DNA of 64,000 nt, taken from positions 21,390,001 through 21,454,000 of the forward strand of contig JBHGNT010000004.1 of NCBI GenBank assembly GCA_043228905.1. The letters are read 5' to 3'. Below are positions 50,601-62,183 of this stretch, piece after piece. The notes under the pieces are model-generated. The model was not told where the DNA came from, ran no database searches, and was given only the letters and a program-made list of their open reading frames with translations. How positions within the stretch are numbered: position 1 is the stretch's first letter; each line of letters opens with the position of its first letter. The stretch comes from Azolla caroliniana. Its lineage: Eukaryota; Plantae; Polypodiophyta. The translations under genes and the position numbers were made by a program.

Positions 50601-52440
50601 ACGCAGAAGCGGCAAAGGACGCAAATTGGCGTGCCGCTATGGACGAAGAAATGCAGGCACTCAATGCCAACGAAACTTGGGACCTAGTTGATCCTCCCCG
50701 TCATTGTAAACCGATCGGATGCAAGTGGGTGTACAAGGTCAAGTACAACGCCGACGGTTCTGTTAACCGGTACAAAGCCCGGTTAGTGGCGAAGGGATAC
50801 GCGCAGACCCACGAAATTGACTACGACGAGACCTTCGCTCCTGTGGCGAAGATGACGACGGTTCGTGTGGTATTGGCGGTTGCTGCGGCAAGGGGGTGGC
50901 ATCTTCACCAGATGGATGTGAAGAACGCCTTCCTTCAAGGAGAGCTTGAAGAAGAAGTCTTTATGACTCAGCCCCCCGGATTTCAATCGGAGATGAACAA
51001 ATCGGCGGTATGCCGACTGAAGAAGTCGCTTTACGGCTTGAAGCAAGCCCCCCGAGCTTGGAACACGAAGATCACGCACCGGTTGCGTCAGCTGGGGTTT
51101 GCTGTCTCTAAGTCGGACTCTTCGTTGTTCATCCAGCAAGGCTCTGACGGTCCGGTATGTATACTCTTGTATGTGGATGATTTAGTCATCACCGGACCGG
51201 GTCTTCCCGAAATCAACCGCGTCAAGTCCCAGTTGTCGGACGCATTCGAAATGAAGGACCTGGGGGACCTTCATTATTTTCTTGGGATCGAAGTGATCCG
51301 GACCCCCGACGGCATATTGCTCTCACAACGACATTATGTGTTGAATATGCTGTATAAGTTCGGCATGACGGATTGGCGACCTGTCTCCACACCCCTGGAC
51401 CGGAACCAGAAGCTCCGTCCCAACTCCGGACCGACTTGCAATGAGAAACGGTTCCGACAGGTTGTCGGAAGCCTGATCTACTTAACCATCACCTGACCCG
51501 ACATCAGCTATCCGGTCGGCATGGTAAGCCAGTTCATGCAGAAGCCGACCGTGGAGCACCTTCAGTGCGCGCAACGAATATTACGGTATGTCAGCGGCAC
51601 TAAGGACCGGGGACTGCTATACTGGCGAGGTATACCCGAAGAGCTTGTCGGTTACACAGATGCTGACTGGGCCGGCGATGCGTCTGATCGCCGCTCCACT
51701 TCCGGATACATGTTCTCCATAGGTAGCGCGGCCGTTGCATGGAGCAGCAAGAAGCAGCCCACAGTGGCTTTGTCAAGCACTGAGGCTGAGTACCGGGCCG
51801 CTACCGTTGCCACTTGTGAAGCCATCTGGCTTCGGCGACTGCTGCGAGACTTGCGGATCGAGGTACCAACCCTGATCCCGATTTACTGCGATAACATGAG
51901 CAGCCTGCAGCTCGCCAAGAACCCTATGTTCTATGCTCGCATAAAGCACATCGAGCTGCACTACCACTTCGTGCATGAGCGGGTCCTGAGCGGTGAAGTT
52001 GACCTACGGTATGTTCATACGGATCGGCAAGTTGCCGACATCTTCACCAAGCCGCTCGGATCGGACAAGTTGCAACACTTTACCGACATGCTTGGTATTC
52101 AGCATCTCGACGTGCCACACTTGAGGGGGAGAAGCAAGGGCAAAGTCTCTACCGAAACGGGCAAAGGCCAAAAAACTGTTGAACCCGTCGGTAAGAGGAG
52201 AGCCGGAAGAAGAGGAGACAAGAAGATGAAGGAAGTCGAGTCGACACATCCGAACAGGTCGGAGCAAGCGGCTGTGAAGAAGAGTTGTGCACTCAGGAAG
52301 AGAAGCGCATGCTGTGCGGAGGTCATCACGACGGTACTGACCATGATACAGAGTCGAATGAAGAATTCGATTTCGGTTCACCGGCTGAAGAAGCCGAGGG
52401 AAGCATGGACAAGGCCAAGACTCAGAAGTGGTCCGATGTG
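47247..52440 (+). mobile_element. Element G: Ty1/copia, 5' LTR 47247-47727, iMet PBS 47728-47739, gag-pol from 47822 with several stops, 3' LTR missing
   Basis: TGTTG..TTACA TGGTATCAGAGC; CWYCGKKGH..C, WYVDSGASNHM, LWHKRIGH, HSDVWGP, QNGVAER, RLVAKGY, YVDD, DADWAG, ADIFTK. Confidence 0.92.
47312..47372 (+). repeat. 14-bp tandem repeat (atcgggcgaaacga) x4 in U3 of the G LTR
   Basis: Directly visible. Confidence 0.95.
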
Positions 52441-55400
52441 AGTTTCTCTTCAAGGGTCTTCATTGCCTTTCGGCCGTTGGCCTGGATGTCCTTTTCTTTG
52501 TATGAGGATTGGCAAAGTTTGGCGCAGAGACGGTCAATCTCTGATTCCGCTAGTTGCATGGCCCGTTTCGCTTTCGAGGCAATGGCGGTCTAAGCTTCAA
52601 TCTCTTCCCTCAGGGCTTCAACGACGTTGGTTGTTGGTGGAGCTGCTTGTTGCGCCGTAGTTGCGTTATTTTCCAACTCCGTGATGCATTCATTGGCCTT
52701 TTGTAGCTCGGCTTGGGTCAGTTTAACTTTTTTCCAGACATTTTTATGTTTAATCGCCATATCCTTGGCGCCCATACTGACCTTTGCTAGTTCCCTATGA
52801 ACTTCGACAAGGGCCGTGTTTAATGGGGGTAGTTCCATCCCCATTCGGCGTATTCTGACATTCCTCTACCTGCCGACTCTGGCTAACCGATCCTCGTCAT
52901 CGCTTTCCGCCGTTTGTGTTAACGCGCGCTCGATCATTTGGCACTCTGCGTGCTCCTTGGCCATTCGTTGTGAGACTTTTATCTGTTGCGTTGCCAAGAA
53001 TTCCATGAGTTCAAAAGTGGTTCCGAACTGTAATAGTGCGCCGAACTCATGGGCCGTGTCTGGAATGTCCGGATACGCCAGGACCTCGCTTTCAACTGTC
53101 AATACGCCTTTCCCCCGCTGTGACTGGGCCGTAATGATCGGCCGTGGTTCCCGGATTACTTCGAAGGTGGTGTTGGGCTCCGTAGCTACGGAACTGTCGC
53201 CCACAGTCGTCGTCTCCATGGCCGCGAGTGTGTCTTTAACTAACCCTCGCCCATCTTTCCTATCCAGTCTCCGCCTTTTCGGCCTTGGGCTTTCTTGTCG
53301 TGGTTCGGCTTCCGGCTTTGGTGCCGCCTCCTCTGTGCGCGCAACCTGCTCTTCCTGCGTTGTTCGCGTGTTCGGCTGGGCGGGTTGGGGTTCATCCTCC
53401 CACTCTGTGGTGGCTAACTTAGCTAACCTTCGCTTCGTGGATTGAGGCGGCGGCGTGGGCTTGCTGGGCTGCGGTGCTGGTAGACCTCGGGGTGGGAATA
53501 GTATCGTCAAGTACTGTTGTATGATAGGCCTGAGCTTTTTGCCTCCTTGATACGCGAGCACGCCTTCCCTTAACGTTGGTCCCGTAATGACCCCCCAATC
53601 GACCGTACTCCCTTCAAAGGTATCAATGATGATACCTGCCTTCTGCTTGGGCATCCCATATGTGTTTACATGTATGCATCCGACCTCCAATAGGAACTTG
53701 GCGATTTCGCGGAAAAAGGGATCCGGGATCTCCTTCATTCTATATGCCTTGGTGGATGACGAATATGGACCGAAATACCTCTACAGGGACTCCGCAAGGT
53801 GGATTTCGAAATGCCTTTCACTCAGTGATGACATGTCCAACTTTTTCCGGATGGATGAGTTGGTGACCGTGTCAATGTTGAGCTTTCTAGTGATGTCCAG
53901 TGTGTCAGGGTGTGGAGGTGCCTCAACGACCCAAATGTACCCATCCAAGCGTTTCTCCCCGAGCCATCGACGCAAGGCGGTAGAGATAAATATCGGCATA
54001 GTCGGAATAGGCTCGTGGCTTGTGGGTGAAGACTGTTGGTTGCGGCGGGCTTGAGCTCTGTGATAAGATGGAGAAGAGGGTGAGGAAGGGGAGCGATGAG
54101 AGCACTGAGAGTTAGAAGGTTGATTTCTATATTGTGCAGAGAACCTTCTATTTCCTTCTTTTTGTGGCCTAGGGTTCATTGGTCGGTGAGCCATCGTGGT
54201 GCCGCGTAATCTTGGTCTAGAAGTCTGTGCATGCCTTAAGTCCTTTTAATAGCATCGCTATCTTCTCTTCTTTTTCCTTTTTCTTTTTGTCATAACGGTT
54301 ACATACAATACTATATTTACACTATAATACAAATGGGCCCATCTACTTACTCCGTGGATTCTTCGGCTTTGTCCTGTCCGGCGGGGAACGAGTTAGGTGG
54401 CGTAGGTCCCAGATAAGGTTTAAGGTGAAACCCATTCACTTTCTGTCGTAACACTTCCACGACCAACGTGCCAAGTTGAAACGTGCCTTGTTCTGCTCCT
54501 ACTATCTAGTACGGGCTTGTCCAGCGGAATCGTAATTTTCCTAGCATATGCCCCATGCGTGTTTGGAAAACTAATACCGCTTTTCCAACTGTAAAATCTT
54601 TTTCACGTGCATGTCGGTGTCGGTCAACGAATGCTTTGTGCCGCCGCTGTTCCTGCTCTAATATGGCCATACTACGTACCCTTGTTTCTCCTAGCTCTAG
54701 CAGTCTCTGTAGCCGTATTTGTGCGGATTTGCCCTCTGGTAGCCGGGCTCGTATTTGAATCCTTAGACTGGGTACCTAGAATTCAACTAGCATCACGGCC
54801 TCCAAACCAAATGCCAGCCTGAACGGTGTTGATTGTATGCTGCTCTTATAGCTGGTACGGTATGCCCATAATGCGCTATGCAACTTGGTGTCCCAATCCA
54901 TCCTGTTCTCATTGACTATCTTTTTGAGGATAGTTTGGAGGGTTTTGTTCGTGGATTCCGCCAAGCCGTTTGCCTGCGGGTAATACAACGTACTTTTCTT
55001 GTGCACCACTGCGTAATGTTGGGTCAGTTTGTTGATGACCGTATTCAGAAAGTGACTCCCTTGGTCACTAATGAGCTCGATAGGGTAGCCGAAACGACAC
55101 CAGATGTGTTTGTATAGGAATTTCGCCGTGACTGCCGCGGTATTCTTGCGTAGTGGTTTCGCTTCTACCCACTTGGTGTAGTAATCCGTAGCCACTAGGA
55201 TGTACTTATTGCCTGTTTGAGCAGCCGCCGGGGTAAAAGGTTCCACGAAATCTAACCCCCACTTTTGGAAAGGATCTAGTGGCAACACTGGTTGGTGTGG
55301 CATTCTTGTGACTTCTGTGAGTTGGCCCAGTCGTTGGCATAAATCGCACTGTCTACAATATTCATACGTGTCCTTTTGCGTCGTCGGCCACCAAAGTCCT

Positions 55401-56553
55401 GCTTGCCAAATTTTCTGGGCTGTAACATCGCCCACGTAATGTCCTCCTGCCGTACCACAATGGGCTTCACGTAGAACCGCGGCCTTCTCATCCTGCCATA
55501 TTCCACGCCTCTAGATGCCGTCACTGCCCTTGTGGTATAGTATGTTTTCCACTAAACAAAAATTTCGACTCCGAACGGCCAACCGTTTTTTCTCATCCGT
55601 CCGTAATTGGGGTGGCGGTAACCCCGTGGTAAGGAAGTAGGTCATTTCCATGAGCCACCAATCCGGGAACGTCTTTTCCGTTCGTTCTGCTAGCGTTGCT
55701 ACCCCCAGAATGTCTGCATCCGGAAAGTCGTCGTCATCCCTCTGCACCGTTTCTCCATTATCGAGTCTGCTCAAAAAATCTGCCACTACATGTTGCGTAC
55801 TTGGGCGGTGTTGAATTACAAAGTCGAATTCTTGAAGCAGCAACATCCATCTTGCCAATTTCCCCGTCAACGCTTGTTTCTCCACCAAATATAGCAATGC
55901 CGAATGATCCACGTTGTCGTGAAGAAAACCGTCCACAAGCGGAATCGGTGCACAGGAGCGTAGGAACCGGCTCTTCTCGAATGTTGTCCATAGAAGATCC
56001 TAGGCGGGTAGATTTAGTGGGTAGGAAGTAAAGGGGAAACGGCTCCTTCCTTGCCTATAAAAGGGAGGGAGACGAGAAGGGGGGGGGATCGCGTAGAGTC
56101 GAGGACGAAGTGCTGTCGGTTTGCGTGCGAAGGCTTCTCTCTCTCTCTCTCTCTCTCTGGTTTGCAAACGCCATAGCTTCCTTCTGTGCAGGTTCGGGAG
56201 GCTCGCGCTGCTCTGAGGAATGCCCGAGTGCTTCCGGCAGCACCTCCAACCTACTCCTTCCTCTCTGTGCATTTACAAGCAGGTATCGGCATCTGTTCGC
56301 CGGCCTGTTCGGTTGTAACCGACTTCGTGTTTTGTTGTCTTCGTGTTCTTATTGTTTGTCTTTGTTAATACATACATACATTCGTGTCTTTCTGTGTCGC
56401 TGTCCCACTCGCGTCTTTGCGTCGAAGGGCCGTGTCCCTATGGATCTACGCTCGCACGTAGAGGGTTTCTTCCCCTTCCTCTCTTGCTCTTTGGTACAGG
56501 ACCCCTGAGGTTCCGCCTCATTCCACGCATCCGCGAGGAATACCTCGACATCT

Positions 56554-56571
56554 TGGTGAACCCGACGTGAA
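56554..56571 (+). promoter_or_regulatory. Primer-binding site of D complementary to tRNA-Trp
   Basis: TGGTGAACCCGACGTGAA is the complement of the recalled plant tRNA-Trp 3' end TTCACGTCGGGTTCA-CCA. Confidence 0.85.
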
Positions 56572-56593
56572 GGAGGCGGCAGAAGAGCAGAAG

Positions 56594-58719
56594 ATGAAAG
56601 GGTCGAATCTTGTAGAGGCCATGGCTTCGGCCGTGGATCGGATATTGAGTGCACGCGAGGGCACCGGCGCCCTCGACAGAGCCATTGAGGCGGTCGTCGG
56701 TACGATCGGCCGGTTCAACGGAAAGGATGCCACGAAGTATTTGGCGTCCTACGGGGCAGAAATGCTGATGCGGGACATTCCGGAAGAGAGGCGTCTTGCC
56801 GGGTTTCCTCGAGTGGCGATGCTGAGCATCCATGCGGAGGTGCTCGAGGTGCGGGCGGAGAGCCGTACTTGGAAGGAGTTCGAAGGCCGACTCCGAGAAA
56901 AATACGGGCTGGACGACGCGCTCCGGCTTTCGAAAAGGGACTTCATGGAATGGGTGGAGTTCCCCGGCAAGGGAAGAAACGCGACGGCACTCCTCCGGGA
57001 GTTCGAAGAACGCTTTGCGCGCCTTTCGGCGCTTGACCGAACCGTTCTGGATACAAGCCGGGTCCTACTGTTCGTCAAGTCGGTGGACGAGCGGGACCGG
57101 GACCAAGTCGGCTCCTTGCTGGAAACCGAGGACGGGCTGACAACCGACTGGGCTGCGGTAAGAGGGTCTGTGGCCGTTTTGATAAACGGCGAGAATGGGC
57201 TGACAACGGGGCGGCCGGTGCGGGCTCTGTCACAGCAAGGAGGCTTGAACCGGCACCGCAAGTGCGAAGGGAAAAAACCCGTGAATGGCTCGAAACCGGT
57301 CCGGCTTCGACCGGCATGGTCAATGGCTCGTCCGGAGGAGCGGCGGTGGAGGAGTTGACGCGGGCGATAAAGGATCTCCAGATCGCCCAGACTCGAAGGG
57401 AAGGCAGCGAACCGGCTCGTGACCGACGGCCGGCAGCAGGGAACAGGTGCATGTGGTGCGACAAGGTCGGCCACATCCGGAAGGACTACGGCGATTTCGC
57501 AGAATCGTTGAGGAACCGGGTGGTGTACCTGTGGGAAGGCCGGGTGCACACCGGCGACACCAGGAGGGCCCTGAACCGAAATGACGGACGAGGAGGTATG
57601 AAGAGACTGATGGAAGAGGCAGCGGCCCGACACGTGGAAGCCATCCACTACTCGGCGTCGGCCGGCATTCGGGTCGGGTGCAGCGAGGCCCGAAAGGAGG
57701 GCAAAGACGGATTCTGGGCGGCAATGCTGGAAGGTCTTGCCGACGCACGACTAAGGAAAGATGAAACGGACCGCGCTGAGAAACGGGTCCGGGAAATAAC
57801 CGGGTGGAGCGATCCGGTCGAGGAGAAGACGAGCTTCGTAGAAGCCGCCTGCCGGAACTACGAGGCTCTGGTAGAAGACAAGCGAGTGGGGAAAGCCGGA
57901 GCGGCCGGGCCCTCACAACGATACGAGACCCGATTCGGGCAGCGACGGAACGATGCCGGTGGGTCCGGCTTGCAAGATAACCCCAGGAAGGGCGGATACC
58001 GATTGGGGACGGAAATAGAAAGGACTACGGACCTACGAAAGGCCCTAGAAGAACAGATCCTCGACAACAAAGTGGAGCTATCATTGCGGGAGGTGCTAGG
58101 GATCGCCAAGAAGGAGTTCCACGACTCCATTGTAGACTTGGTGAAACGGAAGAGGCTGTCGACGGAGACGGATCCTGAAAGACCGGTAGAGGTGCGGACG
58201 ACGCACATCGACGACTCGGCGCTGGCAGATGAGTGGGCGGAGAGCCACTATTCGAGGCCACACTGGGCCCGAGCGACCACGGAGACCCCGGTAAAGATCG
58301 GAGATGTTCAGGAACCGGTGGTGGCGTTGGTGGACCACGGTTCGGAAATAAACCTGATGTCCATGGACTTCTATAAGAAGGGGAAGTGGCCGATCAACAC
58401 CAAGCACAGGTGGAAGATACGGGCGGCGACGCGCGCCACCGAGGAACTGCATGGGGCCTGCCCGAACGTGCGAGTCAAGATTGGCGACGTCGAGATTGAC
58501 CAGCACTTCTTCGTACAGGAGACGTCCTCGCACCCGGTCATATTAGGTGAACCATACATCACGGCGGCGCGGATGGAGACCAAAGTGTTGGACAACGGGT
58601 CGGCCTACGCGAGGGTCAAAAGCCAGGACGGGCGCCATTCGGTCCAATTTCTGACGGTGCGGCCGAACCACGAGAGAAACCGCGAATCCCTCGGTGGCGA
58701 GAACCGGGAGGATTTTTAG
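56594..58719 (+). pseudogene. gag-protease ORF of D with one frameshift mutation near 57160
   Basis: RFNGKDATKYL, CMWCDKVGHIRKDY knuckle, LVDHGSEIN, ILGEPY; ends EDF*. Confidence 0.85.
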
Positions 58720-58776
58720 AGAGGGCTGCCAAGGCGTGGGGCCGAGACAGCCCGGACACTCGGAAAAGACCCCACG
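58710..58776 (+). promoter_or_regulatory. Predicted -1 ribosomal frameshift signal (G_GAT_TTT, 6-nt spacer, H-type pseudoknot)
   Basis: Heptamer 58710-58716; stem 1 gggctg/cagccc; stem 2 cgtgggg/ccccacg and ccgag/ctcgg; -1 frame open into RT. Confidence 0.8.
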
Positions 58777-61700
58777 ACTGTACGATAGGTAGGAAAATTT
58801 GCTTCTCCAACCACGGAGGGTGTATGATAGTCGGCATCGTTGGGCGAGAAAAGACAAGGGCGGAAGTGCGACTTCGAGCGTGTGGAGTTCTCGGCCCGGA
58901 CGAGGAAATCAGCGGAGCCGTGGAGGCGGTCTCCTTCGACGACACCTTGGGGATGCTGAGGAGGGTTGCCGGAGAAGATCTTAACGAAGACCGGACGATA
59001 CCGGTATGTTCCGAAGAGATGTACGAAGTCATCGCGAACTTCAGTCGGGGGCTCGGGTCGGATCGGACGGCCCGGGTTAGCACAAAGTACAAGACTGTGG
59101 ACCGAAAGGTAAGGCCAGTCGCGACACCCTTACCAGAGGGCAGCGAGTCCCGGATCAGAGGGGTTGCGTCGGACCCCAGTTTACGAGATCCGGCCTGCAT
59201 AGGACACACCTTCACCGACGGGACGCTCCGGGAGCTCAAAATCGGTGGGGGCGGGTTCCTATTGCCGGCGGAGGAAGACCGGTTTCGGAGGATGCTCGGA
59301 AGGCACGGGAAAGCCTTCGCATTCTCACCGGAAGAGATCGGGTGCGTAGACCCGACGATCGTGGAGCCGATGGTGATATTCACGGTACTGCATGTGCCGT
59401 GGAATCTCAAGCCGATTCCGGTACCGAGAGCTCACATCCCGAAGTTGATGGAGCTATTGAGGCAGAAAGTAGATATGGGCATTTTTGAACCGTCGAGTGC
59501 CCCATACTCGAACCGATGGTTTACCGTACCGAAGAAAAACGGAACATTGCGCTTCATTCAAGACCTGCAGCCGGTCAACAGAGTGACCATTCGGAACGCA
59601 GGAATCGGACCGACCATAGACGAGTTCGCGGAGGCCTTCGCCGGAAGGTCGATTTACTCGGTCGGTGATCTGTACTCAGGGTACGACCAGTTCCAGCTAG
59701 GCGTGGAGAGCAGAGACATTACGATGATGCGAACTCCCCTCGGCCTAGTGCGAATGTGTACCCTGCCACAAGGAGGGACTAACTCGGTGGCCCACATGGT
59801 GAATGCAATGAACAAGGTACTGAGGGATTGCATCCCGGACATCACCATGCCATTTCTGGACGACATCCCGATTAAGGGGTGCCCGGTGGAAGAGAAGGAC
59901 GAGACAGTCGGGCCGGACGGATGCCGGCGATTCGTGGCAACACACATCGACGACTACGAGAAGGTGCTACAAAGGCTAGAGGATGCGAGGCTCACCTTCT
60001 CCGGGGAGAAATCGGCCTTCGGGCAATCGGAAATCCTGGTGGTCGGACACGTATGTGGACCCTATGGCCGGAAGCCGTCTCCGGCAAAGGTAGAAGCCAT
60101 CTCCGCGATGAAGACCGACTGTAGCTCGGTTACAGAAGTTCGGAGGTTCCTGGGGGCATGCGCGTTCTACCACATATGGATCCCGCATTACGCCCACGTT
60201 GCGGAGCCGCTATACGGGTTGCTGAAGAAAGGGCGAAAATTCGAGTGGCGAGACGAGTACACAGAGTCGGTCCGGAAGCTGAAGGAAGTTCTTGCGGCAG
60301 CACCGGCGCTCCGGAAGGCTGTCTACGAGAAGGGTACCCCAGTATACATAACGGTGGATACGAGTCCGACCGGGATCGGATGGGTCGTCAACCAAGAAGA
60401 CGGGGACGGCATTCGGTTCCCGATCCGATTCGGCGTGAAGGTCCTCAGTGAACGACAGCGAGGGTACGCCCAGGTTAAACGCGAACTCTGGGGTATCGTT
60501 TCGGCAGTAAAGGCCGACAAAGACTACCTGATCGGGACAGAAGTGGTTATCGAGACGGATTGCCTGCCGATTCTCGGCATGGTTTCCGGATGCGCGACAC
60601 CGGACCTGGCGATGCTCAGGTGGATAGCGCACATCAAGTCCCTGGACCCGGAAATATGACACATTTCCGGAAAAGACAACGCTATGGCCGACATGCTTTC
60701 GAGGGTGAGGTTTGATGACGAGGACGGCATGGTTTCGGAGGACGAAGAAGTCGGCGTGGACTTCTTCGAGGCGGCGTAAGTGACGACCGACGGGGCGAGC
60801 ACTCCAGCACTTAACGGCTTCGACGAGAGCAAGTACGACGGCGAGTGGCTACAGATCGGTGGATTTTTGAGGACAATGACGCCGAATGCGTCATGGACGA
60901 AGGACGAGGCCAACCGGATCCGGAAGAAAGCATACCGATTCTTTCTCTGGGACGGATACTTATGGAAGCACCCGAAGAAGAGGAACGGCGTCCCGCTCCG
61001 GGTGGTGGCAATGAAGGAAGAACAGGAGGAGCTGCTGACGGCCTACCACGACAGCCCTTGGGCTGGACACCGTGGAACGTGGGCCACGTTCGAGAAGATA
61101 AAGGGGAAGTACTGGTGGCCGGGACTGTACCGGGACGTGCATCGGTTCGTGACAACTTGCGAGAGCTGTCAGATGCACTCCATAGTCCGACATCGGGATG
61201 AGCTTCACCCTACGTACCCTCCGACCATCCACTTCAAATGGATGGTAGATCTGGTGACGATGCCGATGGGAGTAGGACAGATGCGGTATCTGGTCCTGGC
61301 TCGGGAAGATCTGACGAACCAGGTAGAAGGCCGAGCCCTTCAGAACAAATCGACCGCGGCCGTGTGTCGGTTCCTGACAGAGGACGTGATATGCCAGTAC
61401 GGGCGCGTCGGGAAGATCGTGGCTGATCGCGGGGAGTTGGACGCCGAAGAGGCCGAGGAGCTGTTCGACTGGCTAGGAGTCAAGCTCTCGCTTACCACTG
61501 TATACAATCTGGAGGCGAATGGGAAGGTGGAGCGCGGACACGGACCGATCGTCAAGGCGTTAGTTCGGGCATGAGGAGGTCAAGTCGGGAACTGGCCGCA
61601 GCTGTTGCCTTACGCGTTGTGGGCGGACCGAACTACGCACAGTTCGGTAACCGGATTCATGCCGACAGAACTCATGTTTGGGCAGAAGCCGGTCATGCCG

Positions 61701-62183
61701 ATGGAACGTACGATCTCCTTGTGGGCAACCGTGGACTGGAGAGACGAGATGAGCCGGGAGGAGCTGCTGGCGGCGCGTATACGACAGCTCGAGCGAAGAC
61801 CGGAGGACGTGGAGTAGGCTACGGAAAAGCTTCGGGAAGCAAGGATGAGGAACAAAGCCCGGTTCGACCGAAAGCACCGGCTCCGACCGAAGAAGATCGA
61901 GGAAGGCGACTGGGTGCTAGTTTACGACAGCAGCCTTGACAACCAGCACCGAGCGACACGGAAGTTCGCAAGAAGGTGGTTCGGGCCTTACGTGGTACAA
62001 AGCGCCAACGACAACAGGACGTACCATCTGGCGGAACTCGACGGTACGAGAATGGCGATACCGGTAGCGGGGAAGCGGATCAAAGCGTTCAAGAAGCGTC
62101 ACGACGACGAGCCAGATCCGGTTGGCCTGGACCGCGACGACAAACGATCCGAAACCGAGGAAGAACCGACGGGCGGGGAATGA
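58716..62183 (+). pseudogene. pol: RT-RNase H-integrase ORF of D (-1 frame), in-frame stops near 60657, 60778, 61572, 61815
   Basis: DLYSGYDQF, LPQGGTNS, FLDD, VDTSPTG, HDSPWAGH..CESC, EANGKVER, WFGPY. Confidence 0.9.

Larger units (their letters stand above)
46392..53999 (-). pseudogene. ORF2 of C (homologue of B ORF2), split by Copia G: about 53999-52440 and 47246-46392
   Basis: EAPPH, YFGPY, DPFFREIA, MPKQKAGII, VDW and AAEL..ENRRKDG..REDLVQDY align with B ORF2; internal stops. Confidence 0.85.

Noticed and set aside
57150-57175. Programmed frameshift inside gag of D
   Set aside because: Element A reads VVKRVCSRFDKRREW in one frame, so this is a 1-nt deletion in D.
56749-59410. Long antisense ORFs (299, 198, 264 aa) in D and similar ones in B and G
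   Set aside because: Shadows of GC-rich sense coding frames with no independent motifs.
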